A stretch of 64,000 bases of DNA from an uncultured delta proteobacterium. Lineage in GTDB: Bacteria; Desulfobacterota; Syntrophia; Syntrophales; Fen-1087. The translations under genes were made by a program, and so were the position numbers. Positions 33,235-42,780 of the stretch are shown in pieces (the stretch's first letter is position 1; every line of letters starts with the position of its first letter). Location: assembly GCA_963754515.1 (NCBI GenBank), contig CAVWGC010000001.1, positions 456-64,455 of the forward strand. Direction: 5' to 3'. The notes beneath the pieces are model-generated. The model had not been told where the DNA came from. It saw only the letters and a program-made list of their open reading frames with translations, and did no database searches.

Positions 33235-35124
33235 ATGAAGTTAGAAGCGAATTCACTTGAATACTGGAAAAAGAAATATCCCGAGAAGTTCACGTCGGAA
33301 GATATTATCTTCAGCCATATTCATCGAGGCAATACGATATTTATCGGTTCAGCTTGCGCGGAGCCGCAATATCTTGTTCAGGGGCTGATCCGCTATGTCG
33401 AGTCAAAGCCTCATGCCTTTTTCGATGCGGAAATCATTCACGTGAGGACTCTCGGCGTAGCCCCCTACACCGAAAAAAAATTCAAACGCAACTTTCGACA
33501 CAATTCTTTCTTTATCGGTGATACAACAAGGGATGCCATCAACACAGGGCAGGCAGATTACACGCCTATCCTCCTGTCCCAGTTACCCTCTTTATTTCAA
33601 AGGGGCCTCGTCCATATTGATGTGGCCCTTATTCAAACGTCCCTGCCTGACAGCCATGGCCATTTGAGCCTTGGCGTCAGTCTGGACATCGTGAAAGCTG
33701 CTGTTGAAAACGCCTCTCATGTTGTTGCCCAGGTTAATGACTGTATGCCTCGCGTCCATGGAGATTCTTTCATTTACATCGATGACATCGATTTCCTATT
33801 ACCTTATAATGAACCTCTTCTGGAATATAGCCCGGAGTCAGAGATGGAAATCACCCGTAAGATTGGGGATAATATTGCTCGTCTTGTTCAGGATGGCGAT
33901 ACGATCCAAGTTGGATATGGCGCCGTTACCAATGCCATCCTTGAGAACCTTTCCGGGAAAAAGCATCTTGGTGTGCATACTGAGCTCTTCAGTGACGGTA
34001 TTGTCGAACTCATGAAAAAAGGAGTTATCGACAATACAAAGAAAACCATCAATCGTGGGAAATCTGTGGCGACGTTCTGTATGGGGCATAAAAACACATA
34101 CGAATTTATCCATGACAATCCGGACATAGAATTCAGGACGATCGACTATACCAATAACCCTCTGGTGATTGCCCAGCATGAAAATATGGTGGCCATCAAC
34201 AGCGCTCTGGAAATTGACCTTTCCGGACAGGCTACGGCAGAATCTATCGGGAAAGTTTTTTACAGCGGGATCGGCGGACAAGCCGATTTTATGCGTGGGG
34301 CTTTCTTATCCAGAAATGGCAAGGCCATTCTTGCCCTTCCGTCAACGGCAGTGGGCGATAGTATCTCAAGGATCACGCCGGCACTTAAAGAGGGGGCTGG
34401 GACGACATTGATTCGTGGTGACATCCATTATGTTGTCACTGAGTATGGTATTGCCTATATTCACGGGAAAAGCATCCGTGAACGGGCAATGAACTTGATT
34501 GCCATCGCTCACCCCAAATTCAGACAATGGCTCGTTGAAGAAGCAAAGAAGTCAGGTCTGATCTATCAGGATCAGGCGTTCATCCCGGGGGAGAAAGGAA
34601 GGTACCCCGAGAAGCTGGAGTCTTACAAAACCACCAAAGCGGGTTTTAAGATATTCTTCCGACCCATTAAAATAAGTGATGAGCCGCTTTTAAAGGATTT
34701 TGTTTATTCTCTTTCTGATAACAGTTTGTACCGACGGTTTATTTCCATTCGTAAAGATATGCCCCATGAACGGCTTCAGGAGTTTGTCGTTATCGATTAT
34801 ACAAAAGAAATGGCGATTGTTGCTACTGTTGGCGATGAGGAGAATCAGGAAATCATAGGAGTAGGCAGATATTTTATTGACGAAAGCAAGCATTTCGCGG
34901 AAGTGGCTTTTGCTGTAAGAGATGAGTACCATAAGAAAGGTATTGGAACGGAGTTGCTTGTATATTTGACTTACCTTGCAAAGAGACAGGGGCTCCTGGG
35001 ATTTACTGCAGAGGTCTTAGCAGACAACACGCCAATGCTGCACGTGTTTGAAAATGGGGGGTTCGATATCGCAAAGCACAATATCGCCGGCATCTATGAA
35101 ATGACGATGGCCTTCAAGGAATAA
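33235..35124 (+). CDS. Acetyl-CoA hydrolase/transferase-family domain fused to a C-terminal GNAT acetyltransferase domain
   Basis: The N-terminal 430 aa resemble 4-hydroxybutyrate/acetyl-CoA transferases (GSACAEPQ, GVHTELFSDG, GIGGQADF). The C-terminal about 190 aa are a Pat-like GNAT (FRPIKISDEPLL...YRRF...HKKGIGTEL). Confidence 0.8.
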   Translation: MKLEANSLEYWKKKYPEKFTSEDIIFSHIHRGNTIFIGSACAEPQYLVQGLIRYVESKPHAFFDAEIIHVRTLGVAPYTEKKFKRNFRHNSFFIGDTTRDAINTGQADYTPILLSQLPSLFQRGLVHIDVALIQTSLPDSHGHLSLGVSLDIVKAAVENASHVVAQVNDCMPRVHGDSFIYIDDIDFLLPYNEPLLEYSPESEMEITRKIGDNIARLVQDGDTIQVGYGAVTNAILENLSGKKHLGVHTELFSDGIVELMKKGVIDNTKKTINRGKSVATFCMGHKNTYEFIHDNPDIEFRTIDYTNNPLVIAQHENMVAINSALEIDLSGQATAESIGKVFYSGIGGQADFMRGAFLSRNGKAILALPSTAVGDSISRITPALKEGAGTTLIRGDIHYVVTEYGIAYIHGKSIRERAMNLIAIAHPKFRQWLVEEAKKSGLIYQDQAFIPGEKGRYPEKLESYKTTKAGFKIFFRPIKISDEPLLKDFVYSLSDNSLYRRFISIRKDMPHERLQEFVVIDYTKEMAIVATVGDEENQEIIGVGRYFIDESKHFAEVAFAVRDEYHKKGIGTELLVYLTYLAKRQGLLGFTAEVLADNTPMLHVFENGGFDIAKHNIAGIYEMTMAFKE

Positions 35125-35264
35125 AAAGGGGCAAATTTAACGAATAACACCTTTTTTCTTGAAATGGAAATCTGTACCCTGTACAAGAAAGTGCGTTAAA
35201 AAAGCGGATCGAATTGACAAACATCGTGAAGCTCAAAAATTAAGAGGATCAAAGAGGAGGCATT

Positions 35265-35975
35265 ATGGAGACACCCCATTCACATGAAACGATGATGGAG
35301 CAGATTATCTCATCTCAGGTAAAAAAATGGCAGACGAATATGAAAAAGAAATATAAAAAGCCTATCCGTCCGGTCATTACCATTTCCAGACTGCCGGGCA
35401 GTGGTGCTGATACGCTGGCAAAACAACTGTCGACAGATTTGCATATAGACTTTTTTAACAATGAAATCGTAGGAGCCGTAGCCAAGAGCGCCAATGTGAG
35501 TGAGGCCGTGATCGCCACGCTTGATGAACAGGATCGTTCTATTCTGGATGACTGGATCGGTGCGCTTGAAAAAAAATATCATCTATGGCCTGATGAATAT
35601 TTACACCATCTGACAAAAGTTGTCGGCGCCATTGCCGCACATGGCCATGCCGTCATCGTCGGGAGGGGAGTTGGTTACATCCTGCCCAGTGAAGTCTGTC
35701 TCCGTCTGCTCATTGTTGCGCCCATGGATGTGCGCGTCCGGAATGTCATGCATGCCTATGGTGCGACCTATGAAGAGGCGGAAAAAAGGATCATTAAAAC
35801 TGAGAAGGATCGTAAGGCCTTTATTAAGAAATACTTTAATGCCGAACTGACTGATCCTGTTAATTATGACCTGACGCTCAATACAGCCCATTACACCGTT
35901 GAGGCGGCCGTGAATATCGTCAAGGAAGCCTTCAACGGTCGACCGTGGTATGATTATTCGATCAGAAAATCTTAA
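35265..35975 (+). CDS. Cytidylate kinase-like family protein
   Basis: ITISRLPGSGADTLAKQL P-loop-like motif with the overall pattern of the CMK-like family. Strong RBS AGAGGAGG. Confidence 0.65.
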   Translation: METPHSHETMMEQIISSQVKKWQTNMKKKYKKPIRPVITISRLPGSGADTLAKQLSTDLHIDFFNNEIVGAVAKSANVSEAVIATLDEQDRSILDDWIGALEKKYHLWPDEYLHHLTKVVGAIAAHGHAVIVGRGVGYILPSEVCLRLLIVAPMDVRVRNVMHAYGATYEEAEKRIIKTEKDRKAFIKKYFNAELTDPVNYDLTLNTAHYTVEAAVNIVKEAFNGRPWYDYSIRKS

Positions 35976-36102
35976 AGCAAATAAGTGTTAAAATGCGAAA
36001 AAGAAAGTTCTCTTCAATAATCAATTTATGAAGGGGCTCTTTCCTGGGGGCTCACCTTCGGAAACGCCCCCACCATCGCGCAGGAAAGGATACGGAACAC
36101 CC

Positions 36103-38247
36103 ATGAGCAACCTGAATGCCATTTTCGCACCGGAGTCGGTGGCCATCATCGGCGCCTCGACCACGCCGGGAAAGGTGGGGCACGATATCTTCGCCAATAT
36201 CCTGAAGGGGGGCTTCACGGGCACCCTCTATCCCGTCAACCCCAAGTCCAAGTCCGTCCTCAGCGTACGGGCCTTCCCCACCATCCGGGACGTCCCCGAC
36301 ACGGTGGATCTGGCCATGATCGTCCTGCCCCCGCAGGAGACCCTGAAGGCCGTCGAGGCGTCCGTGGCACACGGCGTCAAAGGCCTTGTCATCGTCTCCG
36401 CCGGTTTCCGGGAAGTGGGCGGCGCGGGCCTGGAGATCGAGAACCGTATCGTCGCCATTTGCCGGGAGGCGGGTATCCGCCTTGTCGGGCCCAACTGCCT
36501 GGGAGTCATCAACCCCATGCCCGCCGTCCGCCTCAACGCAAGCTTCTCCTCCCGCATGCCCGCCACCGGGAACATCTCCTTCATCTCGCAGAGCGGCGCG
36601 CTCTGTACTGCCGTCCTCGACTTCGCCGCCGACCGGGACTTCGGTTTCTCCAAGTTCATCTCCATCGGCAACAAGGCTGATGTGGACGAGTTGGACCTCC
36701 TCCGCTATTTCTACGAGGATCCGGACACGGCGGTGATCATGCTCTACATGGAGGAGCTCCGTCGGGGCGCGGAGTTCATTGAGGTCGTCAAGGAAATCAC
36801 CTCTGGAAGCCGCCCCACCCCGGTGCTCATCATCAAGTCCGGCCGCACGCGGGCGGGGGCCCAGGCCGCGGCCTCCCACACGGGGGCCCTGGCGGGTACC
36901 GAGGCGGTCTACGAGGCCATCTTCAAGCAGTCCGGGGTAATCCGCGCCGACACCGTGGATGAGCTCTTCGACTTTGCCAACGTCTTCGCCTACAAGCAGG
37001 AGAGCGCCCTCGGCAAGATGCGGCGCAAGCTCCCCGACGGGAACCGGGTGGCTATCGTCACGAACGCCGGCGGCCCGGGGATCCTCGCCACGGACATGAC
37101 CGTCTCATCGGATCTGCGGCTCGCTCAGTTTCAGAAAGAGACCATCGAGGACTTGGCCCAGCACCTGCCGCAGACGGCCAACATCCACAACCCCGTGGAC
37201 ATCATCGGTGACGCCACCCAGGAACGCTATGAGAGCGCCCTGCGGACGGTCATCAACGATCCGGGCGTGGACGGTGCTCTGGTCATTCTCACCCCCCAGT
37301 CCATGACCAACGCCCTAGGCACAGCGGAAGCCATCGTGCGTGTCGCCCGCCGGACCCAAAAGCCGATCCTCTGCTGCTTCATGGGGATCATCGACGTCTC
37401 CCCGGGCGTTAAATTCCTCCAGGAGCACGGGTACCCCGTATACAAGTTCCCTGAAAACACCGCAAAAGCGTTCAGTGCCCTCTATAAATATTCCCACTGG
37501 CTCAATCGGGAGCAACTGCCGGCGCTCACTCTCGCCCATGACCGGGCACAGGCCACCGAGCTAATCCAGCAGTGCCTTGCGGAGGGCCGGACCTATCTCG
37601 GGGAACTGGACGGCCTGGAGTTGCTGCGCTGCTATGGCTTCCAGACCCTTCCGACGCAACTGGCCGTAAGCGAGGGGGTGGCGGCGGACATCGCCGAGTC
37701 CATGGGCTTCCCGGTAGTGATGAAGATCGTCTCCGATCAGATCATCCATAAATCCGACGCGGGCGGCGTGGTGGTGGGGCTGCAGAACCGGGAAGAGACC
37801 GAAGCGGCCTACCACCGGATCATCGCCAACGCACGCCAGTACGACCCCCAGGCCTTCATCCGGGGGGTCCTGGTCCAGAAGATGGCCCCCAAAGGGGAAG
37901 AGGTAATCATCGGCATGAACCGCTACGGGGTCGGCCCGCTGCTGATGTTTGGCCTCGGGGGGATCTTCGTGGAGGTCTTCCGCGACGTGGTTTTCCGCCT
38001 GGCCCCCATCGACCGGAACGAGGCCCACGGCATGATCCGGGAGATCCGGGGCTGGCGGCTGCTCCAGGGCTTCCGGGGTCGTCCCGAGGCGGATACGGAC
38101 ACCTTGGAACGGCTGATGGTGTGCCTCTCCGACCTGGTGACGAACCACCCGGAGATCAATGAAATGGACATCAACCCGCTGCTGGTGCACCCCCAGGGCC
38201 AAGGAGCAACCGTGGCGGATTGTCGCATCATCCTGAGCCCCGCCTGA
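36103..38247 (+). CDS. ADP-forming acetyl/acyl-CoA synthetase (fused alpha-beta, CoA-binding plus ATP-grasp)
   Basis: SVAIIGASTTPGKVG, GPNCLGVINP, ISQSGALC, AASHTGALAG, and a C-terminal ATP-grasp (FPVVMKIVS...HKSDAGGV). Start set at MSNLNAIF. Confidence 0.85.
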   Translation: MSNLNAIFAPESVAIIGASTTPGKVGHDIFANILKGGFTGTLYPVNPKSKSVLSVRAFPTIRDVPDTVDLAMIVLPPQETLKAVEASVAHGVKGLVIVSAGFREVGGAGLEIENRIVAICREAGIRLVGPNCLGVINPMPAVRLNASFSSRMPATGNISFISQSGALCTAVLDFAADRDFGFSKFISIGNKADVDELDLLRYFYEDPDTAVIMLYMEELRRGAEFIEVVKEITSGSRPTPVLIIKSGRTRAGAQAAASHTGALAGTEAVYEAIFKQSGVIRADTVDELFDFANVFAYKQESALGKMRRKLPDGNRVAIVTNAGGPGILATDMTVSSDLRLAQFQKETIEDLAQHLPQTANIHNPVDIIGDATQERYESALRTVINDPGVDGALVILTPQSMTNALGTAEAIVRVARRTQKPILCCFMGIIDVSPGVKFLQEHGYPVYKFPENTAKAFSALYKYSHWLNREQLPALTLAHDRAQATELIQQCLAEGRTYLGELDGLELLRCYGFQTLPTQLAVSEGVAADIAESMGFPVVMKIVSDQIIHKSDAGGVVVGLQNREETEAAYHRIIANARQYDPQAFIRGVLVQKMAPKGEEVIIGMNRYGVGPLLMFGLGGIFVEVFRDVVFRLAPIDRNEAHGMIREIRGWRLLQGFRGRPEADTDTLERLMVCLSDLVTNHPEINEMDINPLLVHPQGQGATVADCRIILSPA

Positions 38248-38412
38248 ACGGACGATCCGGTACGCCCGAGATTTCTGATCAACGAGCCCGGCATTGGTTA
38301 ATAGATTGAATACGACCCAGGAAAAGACTAAGACGAATGCAGATGCAAAGGGACTGTTCACAATAGAAAAGATCATGACCGAGAAAAGTTCAGATGAAGC
38401 CCTGTCGTCCCC

Positions 38413-39294
38413 TCAGGCGTGCTCACCGGCCTTGCGCAGCAGCAGTCCCCAGTCCTCGTTGACCATTTGCTGGATCTGGTCGAGGTCCTGATCGGTAAGG
38501 TGCCTGAAGCGACCCTGGAGTCTGAAATACTCCCGCACGAGGTATTCCCTGGGCTTGTAGTTGATCGTATAACGCAGGCCGTCTTCCACCTCATAGAGCG
38601 GGAAAATGTTGGTCTGCACGGCCATGCGGGCGATCTTGACTGACATTTCGGAGGGAATGCGCCAGCCCGTGGGGCAACTCGCGTAGATGTGCAGAAACCG
38701 GGATCCTTTCGTTTCCTTTGCTTTCTGGGCCTTGCGCAGCAGGTCATCGGGATAGGCAATACTGGCTGTCGCCACATAGGGAATCCGGTGGGCCACGAGG
38801 ACTTCCACGATATTTTTCTTGCGCAGTCTTTTCCAGTCCCGGCCGGTGGTGGTCGTCGTCCAGGCGCCGTAGGGTGTGGAGGAGCTGCGCTGGATGCCGG
38901 TATTCATATAGGCTTCATTGTCGTAGCAGACATAGAGGAAATTTTCGTTGCGTTCCACGGCGCCGCTCAAGGCCTGGAAACCGATGTCGAAAGTCCCGCC
39001 GTCTCCGGCCCAGGTGAGCACGGTGGTTTCCGTATCGCCCAGCATGTCCAGGGCCGCCCGCACCCCGGTGGCCGTCGCGCCGCCCGTTTCAAAGGCTGCG
39101 TGGATCACGGGAATCTTCAGCGCCGATTGCGGATAAGCTCCTGCAATCACGGACCAGCAGCAGGCCGGGAGCACCATCATGGTCTTTTCTCCGAGCGCCT
39201 TGAGCACAAAACGCATGGCGATCGTCGCGCCACAACCCGGACATCCCACATGCCCCGAATGGACAAATTCTCGATCCATGACATCAGTCTGCAT
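38413..39294 (-). CDS. 2-oxoacid:ferredoxin oxidoreductase beta subunit (TPP-binding)
   Basis: GCPGCG near the N-terminus and the GDGG TPP motif (WAGDGGTFDIG). Confidence 0.85.
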   Translation of the reverse strand: MQTDVMDREFVHSGHVGCPGCGATIAMRFVLKALGEKTMMVLPACCWSVIAGAYPQSALKIPVIHAAFETGGATATGVRAALDMLGDTETTVLTWAGDGGTFDIGFQALSGAVERNENFLYVCYDNEAYMNTGIQRSSSTPYGAWTTTTTGRDWKRLRKKNIVEVLVAHRIPYVATASIAYPDDLLRKAQKAKETKGSRFLHIYASCPTGWRIPSEMSVKIARMAVQTNIFPLYEVEDGLRYTINYKPREYLVREYFRLQGRFRHLTDQDLDQIQQMVNEDWGLLLRKAGEHA

Positions 39295-40453
39295 ATTTCA
39301 CCTCATGCAACCCCATCCAGACACTTTCCTTTTGTGGCACGTCGCTGTTTTTCGTCTGCCAGTAGATCTCGGTCAGCATTTCCGGCGTCACGTCCCGGCC
39401 GCCGATTCCGGCGATGAAGCCGAATACGGGGGGATGATCGGGCATGTTGCAGAGCACGGCCCGGACCTCCTGGGCAAAGATGCCGCCGGCCCCGAATGAG
39501 AAATTCCGGTCGATGACGGCCACCTTTTTCGCCGCTTTGAGTTCTTCCCGGATCCTCTCTCCGGGAAAGGGCCGGAACAGCTTGATCTTCAGAATGCCCG
39601 CTTTTTCTCCCTTTGCCCTCAATTCCTTCAGGGCGAGGCGGCAGGTGCTCGTCACGGTTCCCGACGTCACGAAGATGATTTCCGCATCCTCGCACGCAAT
39701 GGCCTCTACGGGACCGTACCGCCGGTCAAACTGCGCGGCAAAGACATCCTCGATCTCGCCGAAACGGATGAGGGCGTCTTCCATGGCCAGGGCGATGTGG
39801 TAACGCATTTCCATATAGTCGCCGGGCGCCACCAGCGGGCCGAAGCCGCAGGGGTGCGCCGTGTCCAGTTGAAACTTCGGAACATAAGGGGGCAGAAAAC
39901 GGTCGACTTCTTCCTGGCCGGGGACATCCACCGGTTCATAGGTATGGGAAAGATAGAAGGCGTCCAGGACGATCATGACGGGCAGATTCACCGTTTCGGC
40001 CAGATAAAAAGCCTGGAGGGTCGAGTCCAGCACCTCCTGGCCGTTCTCGCAGTACATCTGGATCCAGCCCGTGTCCCGCTGGGCCAGGCTGTCGGTCTGA
40101 TCGACCCAGATGTTCCATCCCGGCGCGAGGGCCCGGTTGACCTCGGCCATGACGATGGGAAGCCGGGCGCCGGACGCCCAGTGCAGCAGCTCATGCATCA
40201 GGGCAAGCCCCTGCCCGGAGGTCGCAGTGAAGGTTCTCACCCCCGCGGTCTGGGCGCCGATGAGCGCGGCCATGCAGGAATGTTCGCTTTCCACGCGCAG
40301 GAACCTGGCGTTCATCAACCCCTTCGTACAGTATTCCGACAGGATCTCCACAATATGGGTCTGCGGCGTGATCGGATAGGCGGAAATCACCTGAACCTTC
40401 GCCAGCCTCACCGCTTCTGCGACGGCATGGCTGCCTTCCAGGACCCGCTTCAT
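39284..40453 (-). CDS. 2-oxoacid:ferredoxin oxidoreductase alpha subunit
   Basis: MKRVLEGSHAVAEAVRLAKVQVISAYPITPQT... is typical of PorA/VorA. ATGA overlap with the upstream gene. Confidence 0.85.
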   Translation of the reverse strand: MKRVLEGSHAVAEAVRLAKVQVISAYPITPQTHIVEILSEYCTKGLMNARFLRVESEHSCMAALIGAQTAGVRTFTATSGQGLALMHELLHWASGARLPIVMAEVNRALAPGWNIWVDQTDSLAQRDTGWIQMYCENGQEVLDSTLQAFYLAETVNLPVMIVLDAFYLSHTYEPVDVPGQEEVDRFLPPYVPKFQLDTAHPCGFGPLVAPGDYMEMRYHIALAMEDALIRFGEIEDVFAAQFDRRYGPVEAIACEDAEIIFVTSGTVTSTCRLALKELRAKGEKAGILKIKLFRPFPGERIREELKAAKKVAVIDRNFSFGAGGIFAQEVRAVLCNMPDHPPVFGFIAGIGGRDVTPEMLTEIYWQTKNSDVPQKESVWMGLHEVKYAD

Positions 40454-42201
40454 GGCTTCTCCTCCCCGAGGGACATGGCATTGCGGGGACATTCCACCAC
40501 GCACAGGCCGCATCCCTTGCAATAGTCGTAATTGATATGCCGTCCCTGAGGATCCCTCTCAAGGATCACCGAAGTGTCCGGGCAGTAGATGTAGCAGTTG
40601 TCGCACTGGTTGCAGATACCGCAGTTGAAGCAGCGCTCCGCCTCTTTCATGGCCAGTTGGGCTGATATCTTCAGATCGATTTCTTCGAAGGATCGGACCC
40701 GTTCTTCCTTGAGCAGCCGGGGTTGGGTTACCCGGGAAATGAATTGAAAATGATCGGTGTTGATTTCCTCATAGCGGACCACATGCGGGTTTCTGAGCCG
40801 GCGCTCCCCACCCAGATAGACCTCCATGGAAAGGGACCGGCCGTCTCCGACCCGACAGGCCTCCAGTCTCGGGACGACGGCTTCGATACCCTCCTGAAAA
40901 AGGATGTCCAGCGCAATGGCGGCCTGCTTGCCGGACGCGACGGCGTGGACCACACTTTTTGTCGCGTTGGTCAGATCGCCGCCAAAGACCAGGACAGCGC
41001 CCGGTGCCCGGCGGTCCAGAACCGTGTGGGTAAGCTTGAACATTTCCCGATCGGCGGCATCGGGCTCATGCCAGGCTTCAACCACCTGGGCGCCGATGGC
41101 CTTGAAAAGCCGGTCCACCCGGATCTGTCTTATTTTTCCGTGGTCTGGAACAATACGCCCCCTGCTGTTTTCCTCGCCGGCAATCATCATCTCCTGCAGC
41201 GTCAGCAGGATTTTTTCCCCCTCCTGTGCAACAGCCACAAGCGCCACGAGTTCCTGCAGATCCACGCCCTCTTCAAGCGCCATTTCCACTTCAGGATCGA
41301 AGGCGGGCATATCCCGTCGCCGGCGACGGTAGAGCAGGAGGGCTTTTCCCCCCAGGCGCACGATGTTGCGCGCTACGTCGACAGCGGTATTGCCTCCGCC
41401 GATGACGGCCGACACGCCCTGGCAGGCCGGTGTTTTGCCGTCCCGGAGCTGCCGCAGGAAATCCAGGCCCTCACCGACGCCTTTGAGATTCTCTCCGGGC
41501 ACATTCATCGCCGTCCCCCGGCCGTGGCCGCAGGCCATGAACACGGCATCGAAGTCTTTCTTCAACGTTTCCAGAATCTCTGCAGTTACCGGTTTTCCTA
41601 AAACGATGGATACGCCCTGCGCCTCGATCTGCTTGATATCATGCCGCAGGGCCGTCAAAGGCAGACGGTAAGCGGGGATGCCCCAGCGCAGGATCCCGCC
41701 GGCTTCCATGTCTGTCTCAAAAACGCGGCAGGAATAACCCAGCAGGGTCAGAAACCAGGCGGCGGATAGCCCTGCCGGGCCTGCGCCGACAATGGCGATC
41801 TTCTGTCTCCGGGGCGGTCTTATTTCGAGATCCGGTTTGATGCCGTAGCGGATGGCCGTATCCGCAAGAAACCGCTCAAGACTGTGGATGGCCACAGCGG
41901 CATCGAATTCCCGACGGTTGCAGAGGTCTTCACAGGGATGGAAACAGACACGGCCGCAGACGGAAGGAAAGGGATTCTCCAGAAGAATCGTCTCCCAGGC
42001 TTCCTTGAAGAGCCCCTGCGTCGCGAGCATCTCGATCCGGGCGATGTCCTCTCCTGCCGGACAGGCGGCGCTGCAGGGCGATGTTTTTTCATCGTACCGC
42101 GGGCGTGCGAAACGCCACGACCCGGTCTTGTTGCTCTCCGTGGTCAGATAAGTGCACGGCATGAATAAGGGATTGGGATTTGCCGATTCGTTCATGGTCA
42201 T
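40450..42201 (-). CDS. GltD/NfnB-like FAD/NAD(P)-binding oxidoreductase fused to a C-terminal 2x[4Fe-4S] ferredoxin (PorD-like) domain
   Basis: N-terminal Cys motifs (CSAACPAGEDI, CGRVCFHPCEDLC). Dinucleotide folds IAIVGAGPAGLSAA and VIGGGNTAVD. C-terminal CFNCGICNQCDNCYIYCP...CKGCGLCVVECP. Confidence 0.8.
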   Translation of the reverse strand: MTMNESANPNPLFMPCTYLTTESNKTGSWRFARPRYDEKTSPCSAACPAGEDIARIEMLATQGLFKEAWETILLENPFPSVCGRVCFHPCEDLCNRREFDAAVAIHSLERFLADTAIRYGIKPDLEIRPPRRQKIAIVGAGPAGLSAAWFLTLLGYSCRVFETDMEAGGILRWGIPAYRLPLTALRHDIKQIEAQGVSIVLGKPVTAEILETLKKDFDAVFMACGHGRGTAMNVPGENLKGVGEGLDFLRQLRDGKTPACQGVSAVIGGGNTAVDVARNIVRLGGKALLLYRRRRRDMPAFDPEVEMALEEGVDLQELVALVAVAQEGEKILLTLQEMMIAGEENSRGRIVPDHGKIRQIRVDRLFKAIGAQVVEAWHEPDAADREMFKLTHTVLDRRAPGAVLVFGGDLTNATKSVVHAVASGKQAAIALDILFQEGIEAVVPRLEACRVGDGRSLSMEVYLGGERRLRNPHVVRYEEINTDHFQFISRVTQPRLLKEERVRSFEEIDLKISAQLAMKEAERCFNCGICNQCDNCYIYCPDTSVILERDPQGRHINYDYCKGCGLCVVECPRNAMSLGEEKP

Positions 42202-42203
42202 TT

Positions 42204-42767
42204 TTATCCGATCATTCCCAGCAGGCAGACCGCTTCGAACGCCTCGCGGGCCGCCTCGATATTTTTTTGCGCCTCGGCTGCAAGGTCTTCCCTGATTGCA
42301 GCGGCAATGGCTTCCAGGGGCGGCATTCCCAGTATCCTTGAGAAGGCCCCGATCATGGCGGTGTTGACGATGGGATGGGTGCGCGTCCCCAGCCGGTGAT
42401 TGAGCGCGATCTGATTGGCGTCCACATGGGCCAATTGAAAACCGGCATAGGGCGTCAAATCGACAGGCGGCGAGGGGCCGTTGATCAGAATCCAGCCGCC
42501 GGGCTTCAGCCCCCGCGTGACATTGATGCTGTGCAGAAGGGTCTGATCCTGAACGGCCACGTGGTCCGGCGTGGTGACGTTTGTTCGCAGCAGGATCTTT
42601 TCCCTGTCCAGGCGAACATAGGCTTCGACGGGTGCGCCGCGCCGCTCTACGCCGAAAAAGGGGAAGCTCTGAACCTGATAGCCGGCCTCGAAAAAGGCCT
42701 TGGCCAGCAGAATGGTGGCGACCACCGTTCCCTGGCCGCCGCGGCCGTGAAAACGGATCTCGATCAT
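42204..42767 (-). CDS. 2-oxoacid:ferredoxin oxidoreductase gamma subunit
   Basis: MIEIRFHGRGGQGTVV is the canonical PorG N-terminus. Confidence 0.85.
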   Translation of the reverse strand: MIEIRFHGRGGQGTVVATILLAKAFFEAGYQVQSFPFFGVERRGAPVEAYVRLDREKILLRTNVTTPDHVAVQDQTLLHSINVTRGLKPGGWILINGPSPPVDLTPYAGFQLAHVDANQIALNHRLGTRTHPIVNTAMIGAFSRILGMPPLEAIAAAIREDLAAEAQKNIEAAREAFEAVCLLGMIG

Positions 42768-42780
42768 TTTTTTACCTTTT

